Shown one piece after another: positions 38,496-51,905 of a stretch of 64,000 nucleotides of DNA. The notes under the pieces are model-generated. The model was not told the DNA's origin and did no database searches. It saw only the letters and a list, made by a program, of their open reading frames with translations. The first letter of the stretch is position 1. Each line of letters opens with the position of its first letter. Source of the DNA: Callorhinchus milii (Eukaryota); contig NW_024704742.1 in NCBI RefSeq assembly GCF_018977255.1, forward strand, positions 63,738,001 to 63,802,000, in the 5' to 3' direction. The translations under genes and the position numbers were made by a program.

Positions 38496-40910
38496 GAAGT
38501 CAATTTCTTATAAAGCACACAGACTCCGTAATCAGCTGTTTAGTAGAATATTCCTATTGAAAGCTCAAATGGATATGAAATGGAAACGGAGAATGTCTCT
38601 TTCTGCTTCCTGGAGTGGATAAGCAGCAATGGTGAATGTTCACCAGTCGCAGAACTCTGTACAATTTCTGTCATTCTGTATCATGTTAATCTGTGCCTTC
38701 CATCCTCATTCAGCAGCCGGCATCAGTGTTTTCTACTGAATCAATTAGAATCTACTCTTTGGCACGTAATCAGTTGTTTACAAAGATGCTGTAATTATGA
38801 CAAAACTTTGTAACTTATTGGATTTTTTTAGTCTTTAATCAATCATGTAAAGTGAAAGTTCTATAATATCAAGTATTGAAAGTTGTGATAATTTATAAAA
38901 AAATTTGAGGGGAAGCTGGATTCTCTCCTCACACAATTCAGTTTGATATAGTACCTCTTACACACACATCCTCCCTTTATCTCTGTCTCACATATTGGTT
39001 TCTGACATAGTGAATTTATAAAAGGTAATTGAGAACATGTGTGAACTTGTAACGTAGGTGGCATGTGTGTTTGAGCTGTATAAGTCAATAATGATGTAGA
39101 CATGTAGAGTGATTACAGAGGTTTGGAAACTGGTTTGTAACGAAAGAGAAGGAAAAATGATAGTATCAAGAAAATTGAGGGGATCCCTGAAAGTCGTAGA
39201 AAAGGCCTGGAGACAAGTTTAAGGATTGAGGAATTTTCTACTGTAACTATGTGTTCTTAAGTGCTTTTTTGTCGAAGCATGTTGAATCATGACCCAACAC
39301 AGTAACTTAAACTGTGCATGCAATGTATACTTAAATGGCTATTTTGCCATGGCTTAAAATTTCTATTTGAACCCATAGTTCTCAGCTCTCAGAGGCCTTA
39401 CAGCTCAGAATTTCACACAAAATGGCACACAACACATTTTCCTTTTTTATTCAAGGGGGAGGAAGGAATCAAAATTCTCTTGTTCTTGTAGTCTTTTGTT
39501 TTGCTGAAAATTATCCAACCAGTCATTTACAGCAATGTAATTTCTTTTCAAAAGGAACACCTTTCCAAAAAGACATAATCTACTGTTTAAATGAGAGATT
39601 TGGTATTCTGACTGCACCAAGTTCCCTGAAAATCTGGTTTCAGACATGGGTGTGTCGCTCTATCTTGTCAGTGAATGTCAGCATCTTGACTGAACATTTT
39701 AGTTGTAACTTGTGGGTGTAGCGGGTGTAGGCACTAGTCAGCGTGGGACAGTATTGTCACAGTGTGTAAACCAGCATGATTAAAAAGTGGGGAGAATTCA
39801 CACCGTACTGGAGATGTTGCTAATGTAAGTAGTGAAGGACCCACTACTGTTTTGGGGTCAAATTACCTATGTGTGATCTGCATCAGAATTTGCTAAAATT
39901 GAACACTAAAAAAGAGCCTTGAGATAGCTAGCTCGATGTGGTTAGAACAGTTTGTTTTCTTCCATAGACTTTTAGACTTTAAAACAAATCTGTCTACTTG
40001 AATGAAATTAAAATGAGTAAATTGTTGCGTATTTTATCTGGATTTTACATGTGAAAATTGCCTTGGCTGGAGAGACGCTGGCATCGGCTTTAATCAGCAC
40101 AAGATTGATACTAATGTCCTAGGTTCTAATGTTGGAAGAGTAAATTCAAAATGTTTATTAGAATGCAGTAAATCGAGATCTTAATTGTAGTATTTTTCAA
40201 AATGTTACTAGTCACTTTGTCATCACATGAATGAATATATGGGGGAATAGGTAAAGCACCACCACTTGTATAATATCGATGCACTTCTGTTTTTGCACAA
40301 TCCAGGAGAGTGGCATTTATATTATACACAAATATTGCAGCTATCACTGAATTGTCAAATTAATAGTTTAACTACATGTAATATACATAATTCAGATCAC
40401 TTTTTCAGGTAAAGGTATAGGTTGGTTGTATACCACTGGTGTGTATTACCAAACTTGAGAAAGTAGAGACAAATTACATCTTTGTACTACTGACATTGGA
40501 AGGGAAGTGTAACTTTTGACGCCTTCAATGTGATTTTTGTTTTGGAAAAGAGATTGTTTGATAATACAGAACACGTTGCTCTGAATTGTGGTGTGCAATT
40601 ATTTTTCCATGGTTCAAAATCTTTAGCCTTGTGTTTTTTCAATGTTCCCACTTATTTATGGCTGAACTTCAATTTTACAGTAAGTCATTACACACACAAA
40701 TGCAGTCTTTGACCCTGTATTGCAGTTCTTTGTTTTCACATTGATTAGATCTCAGCTGTGATCTTGCTGTTATAGTTACTGTTACTGCAGTTAAATACAC
40801 TGAAACAGTTTTGCACCAAGCAGTGCAATGGACAGGCAATAAAACTTCAGACAACAGTGAATGTGAGCCTACAACTAAATCAATAAAAGCTAATCACACA
40901 CTTGTATAAA
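38496..40910 (+). other. SH3RF1: Probable SH3RF1 3' UTR (about 2.4 kb)
   Basis: Follows the stop codon, has no recognisable SINE/LINE copies unlike its flanks, and ends at two AATAAA hexamers; the end point is approximate. Confidence 0.7.
40838..40887 (+). terminator. Candidate polyadenylation signals (AATAAA at 40838-40843 and 40882-40887)
   Basis: Canonical hexamers at the end of the repeat-free block, with GT-rich sequence downstream. Confidence 0.6.
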
Positions 40911-41519
40911 TAAGGTAGCAGTGATGAGAGCAGAACTAACTTCACCGAGGGGTGTGACTGTATTTCAGCTATGTGCAGGTGTGCTGGCCCTTAAATACTT
41001 CTTGTTCTTTGATGCATGAGATCAGTTGCCTGGAGAAGCTGACCTGTATTGTTTGCATTCCAACCTGGTACGTGTTGTTGTTATAGTACGTGACCAGAAA
41101 CAATTCAATAGCTAGTCATTCCAAAATAGTTTTCAATAGTTCTCCTCCACTGGGTTTACATTGTGATACTGTTATCCTGTCCCTGTCTCATCTGCAGAAC
41201 ACTGAGACAGGTGTGTGAGGCTTGTTAAAAAAACAATCATCTAATTCATAGCAAAATGACCAGATCTTAAAACTTACAGATCTAGGAACTTACAGACCTA
41301 GGAAGCCAAAGATTATAAATAGAGCTCTGTTCTGCGAGATTGGAGTTAATGCATATGTTCTGGATCCCCTGATGGATCACTGTTGTCAATGATCTGATGG
41401 AAAGTGCTTATTTTAATGATTTATATTGATACCAAGCTTGTGGCCAGGTGAAAAAAGACAGAGTGGAGAAAATGATTACAAGAATATGAATTGTTAATAA
41501 TTGAGGGGAAAATGCAACA

Positions 41520-42360
41520 AGTTATAATAATAAGCCTTGAATTTGATACCGCATGAGGTATCTGAGGCAATCTCAGGGGGACATCTTGAAGCACTTCACG
41601 TGATTTATTGTAATGTGTTGCTCTATTTACAATCAAACTTACATTTAAATATCATCTTTCACATTGGGGGGAATGCATATTTTGTAGGCAAACACTGCAG
41701 CCAATTTGCGCATAGCAATGACCCACATACAGCCATGAAGTGAATGACCGATGTTATCAAGGAGGATTGCTGGCCAGGACAATTTGCCTGATTTGAAAGA
41801 AGCAGAAACATTAGCTTGACTGTAGGTAGGAGATGTCTTGCACATAACTAGATAATAGTGACAGCAGAAGAGGTGAAGAGCTCTCATTACACTGGTGCCA
41901 GGGAATGATTGAAGACATGAGCAAAGAGGAAATGTCTTGAGATGGCCTTTGAAGGAGGATGCCCAAATTACAGTAGATTGATGTTTCAAAGCCGGACATT
42001 GTCAATGGATATAAGACTTTTTATGTTAGGAGGGCATTTCAAAGCATTTCACAGTGTATTGAATATATTTTGTAGGTGAACCCATCAGCCAATTTGTGCA
42101 CAGCAATGACCCACAAAGAAACATGAAGTGAGTGATCAATTTTATTTGGTGGATTGTTGGCCAGAGCACTGGGGGAAACTACCTTCTCTTGATAGTTTCA
42201 TGGATCTTTTAACCTGAATAGGCAGACTGGACCACGACTTAGAGACTCATCTGAAGCACGGCACCTCCAACAATTAAGAATAACCCCAGCACTGCACTGG
42301 AGTGCAGGTTATATGAGTTCAAAGTCCTGACAAGGGGCATTAATGAACATTGCCACTGAG
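41520..42360 (-). mobile_element. Cluster of Deu-SINE and L2 fragments
   Basis: Two cagccaatttg..gcaatgaccc..gattg(c/t)tggccag units, plus ggatctttt..catctgaag core. Confidence 0.6.
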
Positions 42361-43609
42361 TTCCAGAGCCTAACCTAAGAGGGAACCTTTTTGAGTTAAA
42401 TGAGAAGCTAAAATAACAGGATTTAGTAAATAACTACACAATATTAATTTTATTTTAAATTTTGTTTCATTTATTAATCTTTTAGTGTTACTAGGAACTC
42501 AAGATTTGAGTATCTTTCTTGTAATAACTTGGTGCTTTCAGTGTTTCAGCCCACATGCTGAAAATGGGCAGGAGTAATAGGTACACAGATACTATTTTGC
42601 GCAATTGGTCGCTATGTTTCGCTCACAACATACACAGACACTCCACTTTACAATCTATTCTGTGAACCTCTTTGAGACATCTCAAGGATGTGATAAGGAG
42701 CTATAGCCACGCCAGGATTACTATGATATTAATACACATGAGGCTTCATACACAATGTCTAAACCTCAACAAGAAGTTTGATGACTAGTCACAAATCAGA
42801 ACTAAACCCTTTAAGATAACCACGATAAGGAAAGCTGTGGATCAATTTTTAAAAATGGAGAAAAGGACTTTCATAGCCTGTCTGCAAATATTTGAAAATT
42901 GTATAAACCTTGGTTTGGTCCTGGTCACAGAAACAGTAAGCGACTGATTGCAAACCCTCTGATCATGGTGAGAGTCGAGCTGGCTGATACAGATCTCTGC
43001 TGGAATCTGCTGCAGGCAATTTTTAATTAAAGACTTGTGATGCTTTGCTGTGGAGAAATATTTTGTCTGTAGTTAAGAATTGATTATATCACGGTGACTC
43101 CACATTTTGGCCTCAAGCACCTGAAGAGGTTACGGTTAATACCTTTGCTCAGATTAACCAACTCCGGTTTAACTAAATAGAAAAAAAGGTGAATGGTGGA
43201 AAAATAATATAATAATCCTTACATTCCGTATAGCACCTTTCATGTCGGGAAGACATCTCAAAGTGCCTCACAGGGAAGTGTAGTGACTATTTTGTAGTTC
43301 AATCCAGAGTCAAAACAAGATGTAGGGGGCTGGAATCATGCACTAAATTGGTTTCCTCTAAATTTTGTTTAACAATTGATTTTTGTTGTGCAAATGTTTC
43401 TAAATTCAACTCAAAAGCAGGAACGTGTTTTGTTTAAATCCCAACAATGCAACGCCTTTCATTTAAAAACATCTCCAGGCATTTTCACAATGAGCTACAT
43501 TTGAAGAACGGGAGCTAAACTGCTGACTCAATCTTGTTATGTCCGCAGAAGAGGCAGCTCATTTGCAACAGCAAAACCATAAATATAAGATATCCTCCAG
43601 CAGATCTAA

Positions 43610-43805
43610 AAGCCAGTTTGGAAGCAGCTTGGCATAGAGGGTTGTGAGAATGTGCAACTCACTGCTGGCAGCTGTGGGTGAAGCAGAAAGCATTGAGGAG
43701 AGAATAGAGAGGTATAACAGGAAGGACTTAGGAAAGGCTCATATGGAGTAAAAACACTGGCACAGACCAGTTGGGACTGAATGGCCTGTTTCAGTGCTGT
43801 ACAGT
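43610..43805 (+). mobile_element. CR1 3' fragment
   Basis: ggagtaaaaacactggcacagaccagttgggactgaatggcctgtttcagtgctgta. Confidence 0.6.
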
Positions 43806-43844
43806 GCAAGTATTCCAGAGTAACTCTCCCGTCCCTCCACCCCT

Positions 43845-44200
43845 CATAGCTATCAAAATGCTTCACAGGAATTGATTGGAAGTGCACCGGCTGTGCATTT
43901 TGTAGGCAAATTTAGCAGCCAATTTGTGCCCAACAATGTCCCGCAAACAGCCATGAAGTGAATGATCAATTGAGCAGGGGGATTGTTGGCCAAGACACCA
44001 GGAGACACTCCCTTCTCTTTTCAAATAATGCCATGGGATCTTTATCATCCACCATAAGAGGCAGACGGACATTGGTTTAAAGTCTCATTTGAAGGACGGC
44101 ATCTCCGATAATGTAAACTCCCCCCAGCCCTGCATTGGAATGTCAGCTTAGACTATGTGAGTTCAAATCCCTATCTGGGATTTGTACCCAGAACCCTTCT
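43845..44200 (-). mobile_element. Deu-domain SINE
   Basis: gacaccaggagacactcccttctcttttcaaataatgccatgggatcttt..gaaggacggcatctccga. Confidence 0.75.
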
Positions 44201-45077
44201 TTGAAGCCACAATAAAATGTTATTTATTCATGTCAAAACAAATAAATCATAACAGGAAAATAGGTTCAATTGCATGTAATGATCATTATTTTGAGTTACT
44301 ATTTTAATTCTCTTCAACATATGGTGCCTGAGGCAGCACTGCTGAGAGAGACTATGTTGGAGTGAACCATTAGCACTTTACTGCATTAAATTATAGTAAC
44401 ACCAACAAATGCACAGCTCAAAGCTAATTTCCCTGGAACATATGTATTCTATTAGGAGATTAAATGATAGGAAAAAAACAATCTATCTGGTTTGAGTATA
44501 TTTTGTAGCAGGTAAATTGCAAAGCTTTACCATTCATTGTAACTGCTAACTTTTAACTTTACATTTTACCTCTTCTGTTTTTCTTTATTTCAGGCGTATA
44601 ATATCCAACAATGAAAGACCCAGTACCTCAGAGCTTCCACCTGCAATGGAATTGCACAATTCCCTGGTACAAGCTCTCCTTTCAGTACAAAGCAACAGCG
44701 TGTGTCTGAATGCTCATTAACTCACACTAACCTGCATGAGGTCACTTGTGGTTTTAATCTTTATTGTTAATTTAGTAAATCTCTGTGACCCTTCAAAATT
44801 GGTAAGGACCATTTTCACCAATAAACACTTTTTACCGTCAGCTACTAACTTTTCACCAAGAAATACCCTTTTTTCTACTGATAAATAGCCACTATTATTG
44901 GTGTCAATCAGCAAAATCGATTTTGGCCCAAATATGATCTCTAAAAGTAAACAAATTTATTTTGAGAGGAAGACAGTGAAAGTCTTTCTGCCCCCACCCT
45001 CTGGAACTCCATCCTGGAGTTTCTTTGCCTCACCTCTTCCCTCACCTCTTTCAACCAGTCTCAAGTCCTTCCTCTTT

Positions 45078-45375
45078 GAAATGAGAGGACCTGGGTTCAA
45101 TTCTTTAGTCCACACGTCTCTGTTTATCTAGCAGTAAGTAGGAACTCGGTTGTTAGTCGATTGGCGGATCGCTTTTCCAAGGTAATAATGCCTTCAAAAA
45201 TAAATAATAATATGGTCACTCAATCTATGACTGTGGGTCACTGCTGTGTGCAATTGGTTGCCATGTTTCGCCCACAAAATATATTCAATTCACTTTACAG
45301 TACATTCTGTGGAGCGCTTTGAGACGTGTCAAAGACACAATAAGGCACTATATCAAATGTAAGGATTATTATTAT
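45078..45375 (+). mobile_element. tRNA-head SINE (long variant) inserted into an L2 3' fragment (44985-45500)
   Basis: L2 sequence (ctggaactcc..tcaagtccttcctctttg) stops at 45077 and resumes near 45385, ending in ttgttgttg. Confidence 0.8.
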
Positions 45376-45499
45376 CATTATCCTCTCCCCGCCACCTCAC
45401 TTGGTCCCCACCCCTCCCGAATCCAACCCCAGGTGGGGTGCAAACCCTCAACCATCTGGCACCTGGGGACGACTATATAAATACAAGTTGTTGTTGTTA

Positions 45500-45787
45500 T
45501 AACAAGCTACAATCTCCAGTCAGTGCTATAACAAAGCGCGATCTGCGATTTGCACTTCTGCATTTACTTTGCGTTTGCACAGGAAGCTGGACATTGGTGC
45601 TTTAATATGCTTGCATGCAAGATGTAGTGTTGATGGTTGCTTGCTGAGGGCCAGTGTAGCTTCCCGTGTGCAGGCCGGCGGGTACATGCTCAATTGTTCT
45701 GACAAGCAAATGTCAGGGGTCCACACCCCAATCACGCTGTAAGCGAACCCACTTTATATCAAAGCACATTAGAACAGGGCTCCACTG
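45500..45787. mobile_element. Second MITE-like copy (right end clear, left end uncertain)
   Basis: ggggtcc..aaagcacattagaacagggctccactg|TA; its reverse complement tacagtggagccct matches the left end at 18929. Confidence 0.55.
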
Positions 45788-46164
45788 TAGCTGTAACGTA
45801 AAATTTGTTCTGCACTGGAAGTTACCTCTTTTGTAGCTTCTTCAGCCACACCCGAGAGACTGCCTGAAAATCAGGCTGAGGTTTACAATATCCTTTTTTG
45901 TTTGCTTTCTCCACACCCCGCCTTCAATTCTCTGTCCTTCTCAGCTGAAAGAACACACTCATTCTGTCACAAGGGTGTGTCACAGGAATATATGAAAGGC
46001 GAAAGAGGATACAGACAACATTTAAAAAATAGAGTAACAAACACAGCTCCTATTGCACCGTGTCCTTTCTGTCTTAGCCGTGGCATAACATCACAAATTG
46101 ATTTGCTTAATCAGTGACCCCAGTTCTTGCCAGGCTCCACTGGCTCCTTGTTGCAGAATATAGT

Positions 46165-46490
46165 ATTATAGAATCCTACAGCACAGGATTGCCAGCTCTT
46201 TGAAAGAGCTACCCAATTAGTCCCACTCCCCTGCTCTTTCCCCAAAGTCTTGCAAGTGTATATCCAATTCCCTTCTGAAAAAAGTTATTAAATCTCTGGC
46301 TCTTTTGCCAATTATCTTGAATCTATATCCTTTGGTTACTGACCCATCCGCCAAAGGAAACAGTTTCTCCTTATTTACTCTTATCAAAACCCTTCATAAT
46401 TTTGAACACCGCTATTAAATCTCCCCTCAACCTTCTCTGCTCTAAGGAGAACAATCCTAGCCTCTCTAGTCTCTCCACATCACTGAAGTC
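46165..46490 (-). mobile_element. CR1 3' fragment inside an L2 fragment (46110-46600)
   Basis: aacaccgctattaaatctcccctcaaccttctctgctctaaggagaacaatcctagc; catatccaattccct. Confidence 0.7.
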
Positions 46491-47708
46491 TCAGATTGAT
46501 TTCAAGATCCTCATTCTCACTTTCAATTCTCTCCATGCCCTATCCCTGCCCTATCTCTTGGCTCACACCCCAACCCTCGCTCAGCTGGCTCGGATCTTCT
46601 GTACATCCCTCATGAGTGAGTGACCAATTATATTTGGGGGATTGTTGGCCAGGACACCGGGAGAAACTCCTTTCTCTTTCCAAATAATGTGATGGAATCT
46701 TTAAAATCCACCTGACAGGCAAACGGGACCTTGGTTTAACATTTCATTTGAAGGACGGAATTACATGGTGGCAATTCTTTTAGTTCCATTTCATTATCTT
46801 TTCTCCATTTCTCTTAATATCTTTACTGCCTCCCACACACCCACATTCACATCACCATTCATTCTATGTCTATGGCTTTCTGTAATTGTCCACTTTCTCA
46901 CTCACAACCTTGAGTGAAGACCCAGAGGGGTTTGGAGGTATTTGTAAAAAAGCAAATGTGAGGAAGAGAAGAAATATTTAAAGAAGCAAAGCGTGAGGCC
47001 TGCAAAGTCTCATTTGTTAATCTTTGTGAGAAGGACAAATGTTTTTTTTGAGAAACAAACATTTTCTATAGTTTTTTCTTTAAAAGCGGTGAAAAGTCAC
47101 AGCACTAATATAAAGTGTAATTGGTTAAATGTACATTTATTGGAATGAAAGGGAAGTAAAGAAGAATACTTTAATATACTGCAGTTGTGTTATAATATCT
47201 TTTAACTAACATGTTTAACAAAAATATACTTTATATCTTTCATGGCAACCTAGTGTGAAATGGATCCCTCTACTGTGTGATTGAGGCATTGCAGCATATA
47301 GTGGAAGCAGAGCTTCTTCCAAACTTTCCTTGTTCTGCCTTTATGTCTCTGTATTCATTGGGACATTGTTGTTGGTTGGTTGCTGCCTTTGCCAATAAAA
47401 TGCACAGACACTACACTTCACAGTAAATCCTGCGAAATGCTTTAAGACGTCCTCCCGACCAGAAAAGTAATTGGGAAGAGTGGCAGAGATTGCAGAAATA
47501 AGGTAGAGCAAAGGTGTGAAAGGATTTGAACATCAGAATGGGTACTTTGAAGTTCCCCAGCAGATAGGCTTCAAGCTCCTGTTCTGATGATTAAATCCCT
47601 CCACACCATTGCCCTAAAAGACTCTGTGCAAACTCCTCCACTGTAAATTACACACAGTGACTGTGTATTTTGAGGGTGAATACAGCAGCCAATTTTCACA
47701 CAGCAATC

Positions 47709-49960
47709 TACAACAACAACAAAATTATATTTGTATAGTGCCTTTCACGTCAGGAGGATGTCCCAAAACACTGGACAGTCAGAGTTTTGGACCCGAGCTG
47801 GGGGTTGGGATTGGAGAGGGTGGAGAGCAGGGGGGAAGCAAGGTGATCGAGAGCACGGTTGAAGAGGAGGGTCTTGAGATGGGCCTTGAAGAAGGAGGCA
47901 AAGGGAGGGGGCGAGGTGGAGGGACTGAGGCATGGAGTTCCAGAGGGTGGGGGCACGGGGGCAGAAGGGCTGCCCGCCAATAGTGGGGAGGGCGAGGCAG
48001 AGCACATGAAGCAGGCCGGAGCCTGCTGAGAGGAGGGAGCAGGCAGGATGGTAGGGAGTTAGGAGGTCGCAGAGGTAGACCATGGAAGGCTTTGAAGGTG
48101 AGGACCGGGATCTTGAACTGTATCCTCTGTGTGATGGAAAGCAGTGGAGGCGGGCGAGGATGAGGGTGATAGGGTCACGGAGCCTGGTGCGGTAGAGGAC
48201 ACGGGTTGCAGAGTTCTGGATGATCTGCATCCTTGGGGAGTTGGGGAGGCTGACAAGCAAGGAGTTTTGTATAGTCAAGCCTTGATGCAATGAAACCATG
48301 TATGAGGGTTTCGGTGGCCTGCAGTACGAGACAGTGGCGGAGCCGGGTGACATTGTGGAGATGGGGGAAGGCAGAGCTTGTCATGACGCAGATGTGAGGT
48401 AGAAAGAATAGTTGAGGGTCAAATAAGACCCCAAAGTACCAGCCTGGCTCAGTAAGGTGGAGTAGGCAACAACAACAGCAAAATTATATTTGTACAGTGC
48501 CTTTCACATCGGGAGGATGTCCCACGGTGCTGGACAGACAGAGTTACGGACCTGAGCTGAGGGTCGGGGTGGGGGAGTGGGAGGGCAGGGAGTGAAGCAG
48601 GGCGATTGAAGCACGGTCGAAGAGGAAGGTCTTGAGGTGAGTCTTGAAGGTGGCGAGGGTGGGGGTGAGATGGAGGGACTGCGGGATGGAGTTCTAGAGG
48701 GTGGGTGCAGAGTGGTGGAAGGCCCGCCCGCCGATAGTGGGGCGAGCAAGGCGGGGGACATGAAGCAGGCCAGAGCCTGCTGAGCAGAGGGAGTGAACAG
48801 TGTGCAACCCTGGATGGTGATGCTGTCAGCGCCTGAGGAGGCCCTGACGGGAGCCAATCAGGAGAGCCTCGGTCTTGTTGACGTTCAACTGAAGAAAATT
48901 AGCTCTCATCCAGGACTTGATGTCTGACAGACATTCTGTCAGGACAGCAGTGGTCCTGGAGTCCAGGGTGGAGGCAGAGAGGTAGAGTTGGGTGCCATCC
49001 ACATACATTTGGAAGTTGGCCCCATGTCTACGGATGATGTCACCGAGAGGGAGCATAAAGACATTGAAGAGGAGGGGACCAAGGACAGAGCCCTGAGGAA
49101 CGCTGCACGAGACGGTGCGAGGATTAGAGGAGAAGCCGTTTGTGGAGATGAAGTGGAGGTGGTGTAAGAAGTACGATCTGAACCAGTCAAGGACAGCGCC
49201 ATGAAGGTTGAGGTGAGAGGAGAGACAGTGGATGAGAATAGAATGGTTGATGGTGTCGAAAGCAGCAGAGAGGTCAAGGAGGACGAGGAGGCAGAGGGAG
49301 CCCTGGTCGTAGATGGACAGAATGTCATTTGTAACTTTGTGAAGGGAGTGGCGGGAGAGGAAGGAGCGAAGCTAGGAAGCAACAACTCTTTCCAGGACCT
49401 TGGAGTGGAAAGAAAGGTTGGAGATGGGGCGGTAGTTGGAGAGTAGAGATGGGTCCAAGGAGGGTTTTTTAAGGATAGGAATGATGATGGTGATGTTTAA
49501 TGGGGTGGGAACAGTACCAGTGAGCAGGAAGAGGTTTATGATGTCTGTGAGTAGAAGGGCAAGGAGGTGGAGCTGGGAGGTAAGGAGAGGGGTAGGGATG
49601 GAGTTGAGAGAGAGGGGTGGTCGGTTTCATGCGGGTTATAATGGTGATGAGAGAGAAGTGGGAGACAGGTTTGAAGGTGTGGAGGGAGGGATGGGTAGGG
49701 GCTGGGGTGGGAGGGGAAATGGGGAGGGGATAGCAGATAGAATGGCAGAGGCAGCTGAGCGGATCTCGTAGACTTTAGATTCAAGGAAGTCCAACATCAC
49801 CTCACAGTTGGCATTTGAGGTGAGAATGGGCGATGTGTGAGAGGGTGGGTGGAGGGGCTGATTGGTGATATAGAAGAGGAGCCTGGGGTTGTCCTTGGTC
49901 TTCAAGATTGTCTTGGGAGTAGAACGCCGATTTAGCGGAGGCGAGGGCAGAGCGGTAAGA
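47709..49960 (-). mobile_element. L2 LINE (5'-truncated, decayed ORF2/RT) with a nested second L2 3' fragment at about 48468-48795
   Basis: RT motifs LLDLSAAFDTI, LGPLLF, MYVDGTQLY (YADD decayed), SWMRANFLQLNVNKTEALLIG; (CAA)n tails at 47710 and 48468; frameshifts and stops. Confidence 0.92.
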
Positions 49961-49969
49961 TTTGATAAG

Positions 49970-50195
49970 GTCCACAGAACAGCCAACAAAATGAGTTTTA
50001 TCTTATTTTTATCTGAGGGATTGTTGGCCAGATCACTGAGAGAAACTCCCTTCTCCTTCTGAGTAGTGCCACGGGATCTTTAACATCCACCTGAACAAGA
50101 GGACGGACCTTGGTTTAAAGTCTCATCCGAAGGATGGCACCTCTGACAATGTAGCATATCCCCAGCCAGCACTGTATTGGTGTGTCAGCCTAGAC
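49970..50195 (-). mobile_element. Deu-domain SINE 5' part (3' part at about 47640-47708, split by the L2)
   Basis: gattgttggccag..aaactcccttctc..gggatctttaacatccacctga..catccgaaggatggcacctc. Confidence 0.75.
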
Positions 50196-50517
50196 TGCGA
50201 TGGGAAGTGACTTATGGCTATGTCACAAGGATTATTATTAATATTGTTTATTGGCAACGTGCATCAGAGGAAGATGACTGGGCAAAATAACGAGGGAAGT
50301 ATGACAGAGAGGTTTTGGCAGTTTTCTGTTGGCTGTGGGTGTGAAAATAAGGGAAAAGTGGGCAAATAAAGCAAATAAAAGAACTGAGCAAATAAAGGCT
50401 CATCAGCCTCTCTCACCATTGGTACAGCAAGGAAATGTTGCTGATAATAAAGATATTCATATTCCTCCGATAGCCCTGCTATCAGCTATTGCATGTAGCT
50501 TACTTATACTCTTTACT

Positions 50518-50524
50518 GTCAGTT

Positions 50525-50555
<31 letters not shown>

Positions 50556-50800
50556 GCCCAGGTGGACATTAAAGATCCCATAGCACTATTTGAAAAGAGA
50601 AGGGAGTTTATCCCACTGTCCTGGACGACTATTCCCCAAAATAAGATTGCTATTTGTGGGAAATTGCTGTGCGCAAATTGGCTGCCGCTTTCACTCACAA
50701 ATACACACAGCCCCATTCACTTTACAGTATATCCTGCAAAGCGCTTTGAGACATCTAGAAGATGTAATAAGACGCTATATCAAATGCAAGGATTATTATT
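50518..50800 (+). mobile_element. Deu-domain SINE with internal deletion
   Basis: tcagttggtagcactcttgcctctgagtcagaagg joined to caggtggacattaaagatcccat. Confidence 0.8.
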
Positions 50801-51616
50801 ATGTTGTTACGATTTACCTTTCCCTGAAAACTCTTTGTCCTGACACAAGGTGGCAGCATGTTGCAGTAAGCTTGAGAAATCATTCAAATCCTGTGGCTGG
50901 TGGTGCCCTGAAAGGGAGCTGTGTACCATTAGGATTTACTTCAGGAACAGCTAACCTATCTGTCTGTGTTGTTGCTCTTAATAATTGTTTCTATTAATAC
51001 AATGTCCCAGCCAACAATCCCCCAAATAAAATTAGTCATTCAATTCATGGCTGCTTGTGGGACACTAGTGCACAAATTGGCTGCTGTGTTTGCCTGAAAA
51101 AAATACATTTTACAATATATCCTCAAATGCTTTGAGATGTCATCCTGATGTGAAATGGTGCTATCTATATCAAATGTAAGGATTATTATTAATAATAATA
51201 CTGTGAGGAACTCCATTCTCTTTTCGATTTGTGCCATGGAAGTCCACCTGAACAATCAAACCTGGGGTTAATGTCTCAACAACAACAACAACCTGCGCGC
51301 GCACACACACATACATACACATATATATATATATATATATATAGCGAGAGAGTGAGTGTGCTCCTCATGAATGCTAACGTCTCAGAGTGCTTTCCGCACT
51401 TCGTCTTTGATAGCATTATTATTAATAATAACAATTAATATCAAAGAAGCTTGAAATACAACAGGAAGCAATGGAAACTTGGAAGTGACTGCAAGCAGAA
51501 ACTGCATCCTCCCAGCATGATAATGGATCAAACCATATATATATATATCAAAGCCACAGAGGAGTCTCAGCTCCATAGTGGTTCAAACACTGGACTATAA
51601 CAAAGATTTTTTTTTT

Positions 51617-51905
51617 GATCAGCCAGGTGTCATGCGGAAACCCATCCCCATGCTTAAGAGTATCCAAACCAAGCTGAGATTTCCCTGCATCCCACCTACA
51701 CATGGAAATCCCAGAGATAGATTGTTGGAATGGAATGTGCACTCTCTCTCTGGAGGGATGTATCCTGTTTACCTAATTCCAGAAAGTATTAGGCGCAGGT
51801 TGGCAAGAGCCAAGGCTTGGAGACCCCAGAGTGTGCGTTGAGGAATTACTGGAGTCTAACCAGCTAAAACCACATAGCTTGCCATTGACATTGCTGTCTG
51901 GCAAG
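51617..51905 (-). mobile_element. Family X repeat with T10 (poly-A on the minus strand) at 51607-51616
   Basis: High similarity to the 32.7 kb and 59.6 kb copies. Confidence 0.75.

Noticed and set aside
45593..45738. Exon-like segment (ttgcacag … gtaagc)
   Set aside because: Lies within the MITE-like copy; the peptide has no recognisable similarity.
47657..49989. Long ORFs in the ORF track (up to 202 aa)
   Set aside because: Shifted or antisense frames of decayed L2 ORF2; the catalytic YADD is mutated to YVDG.
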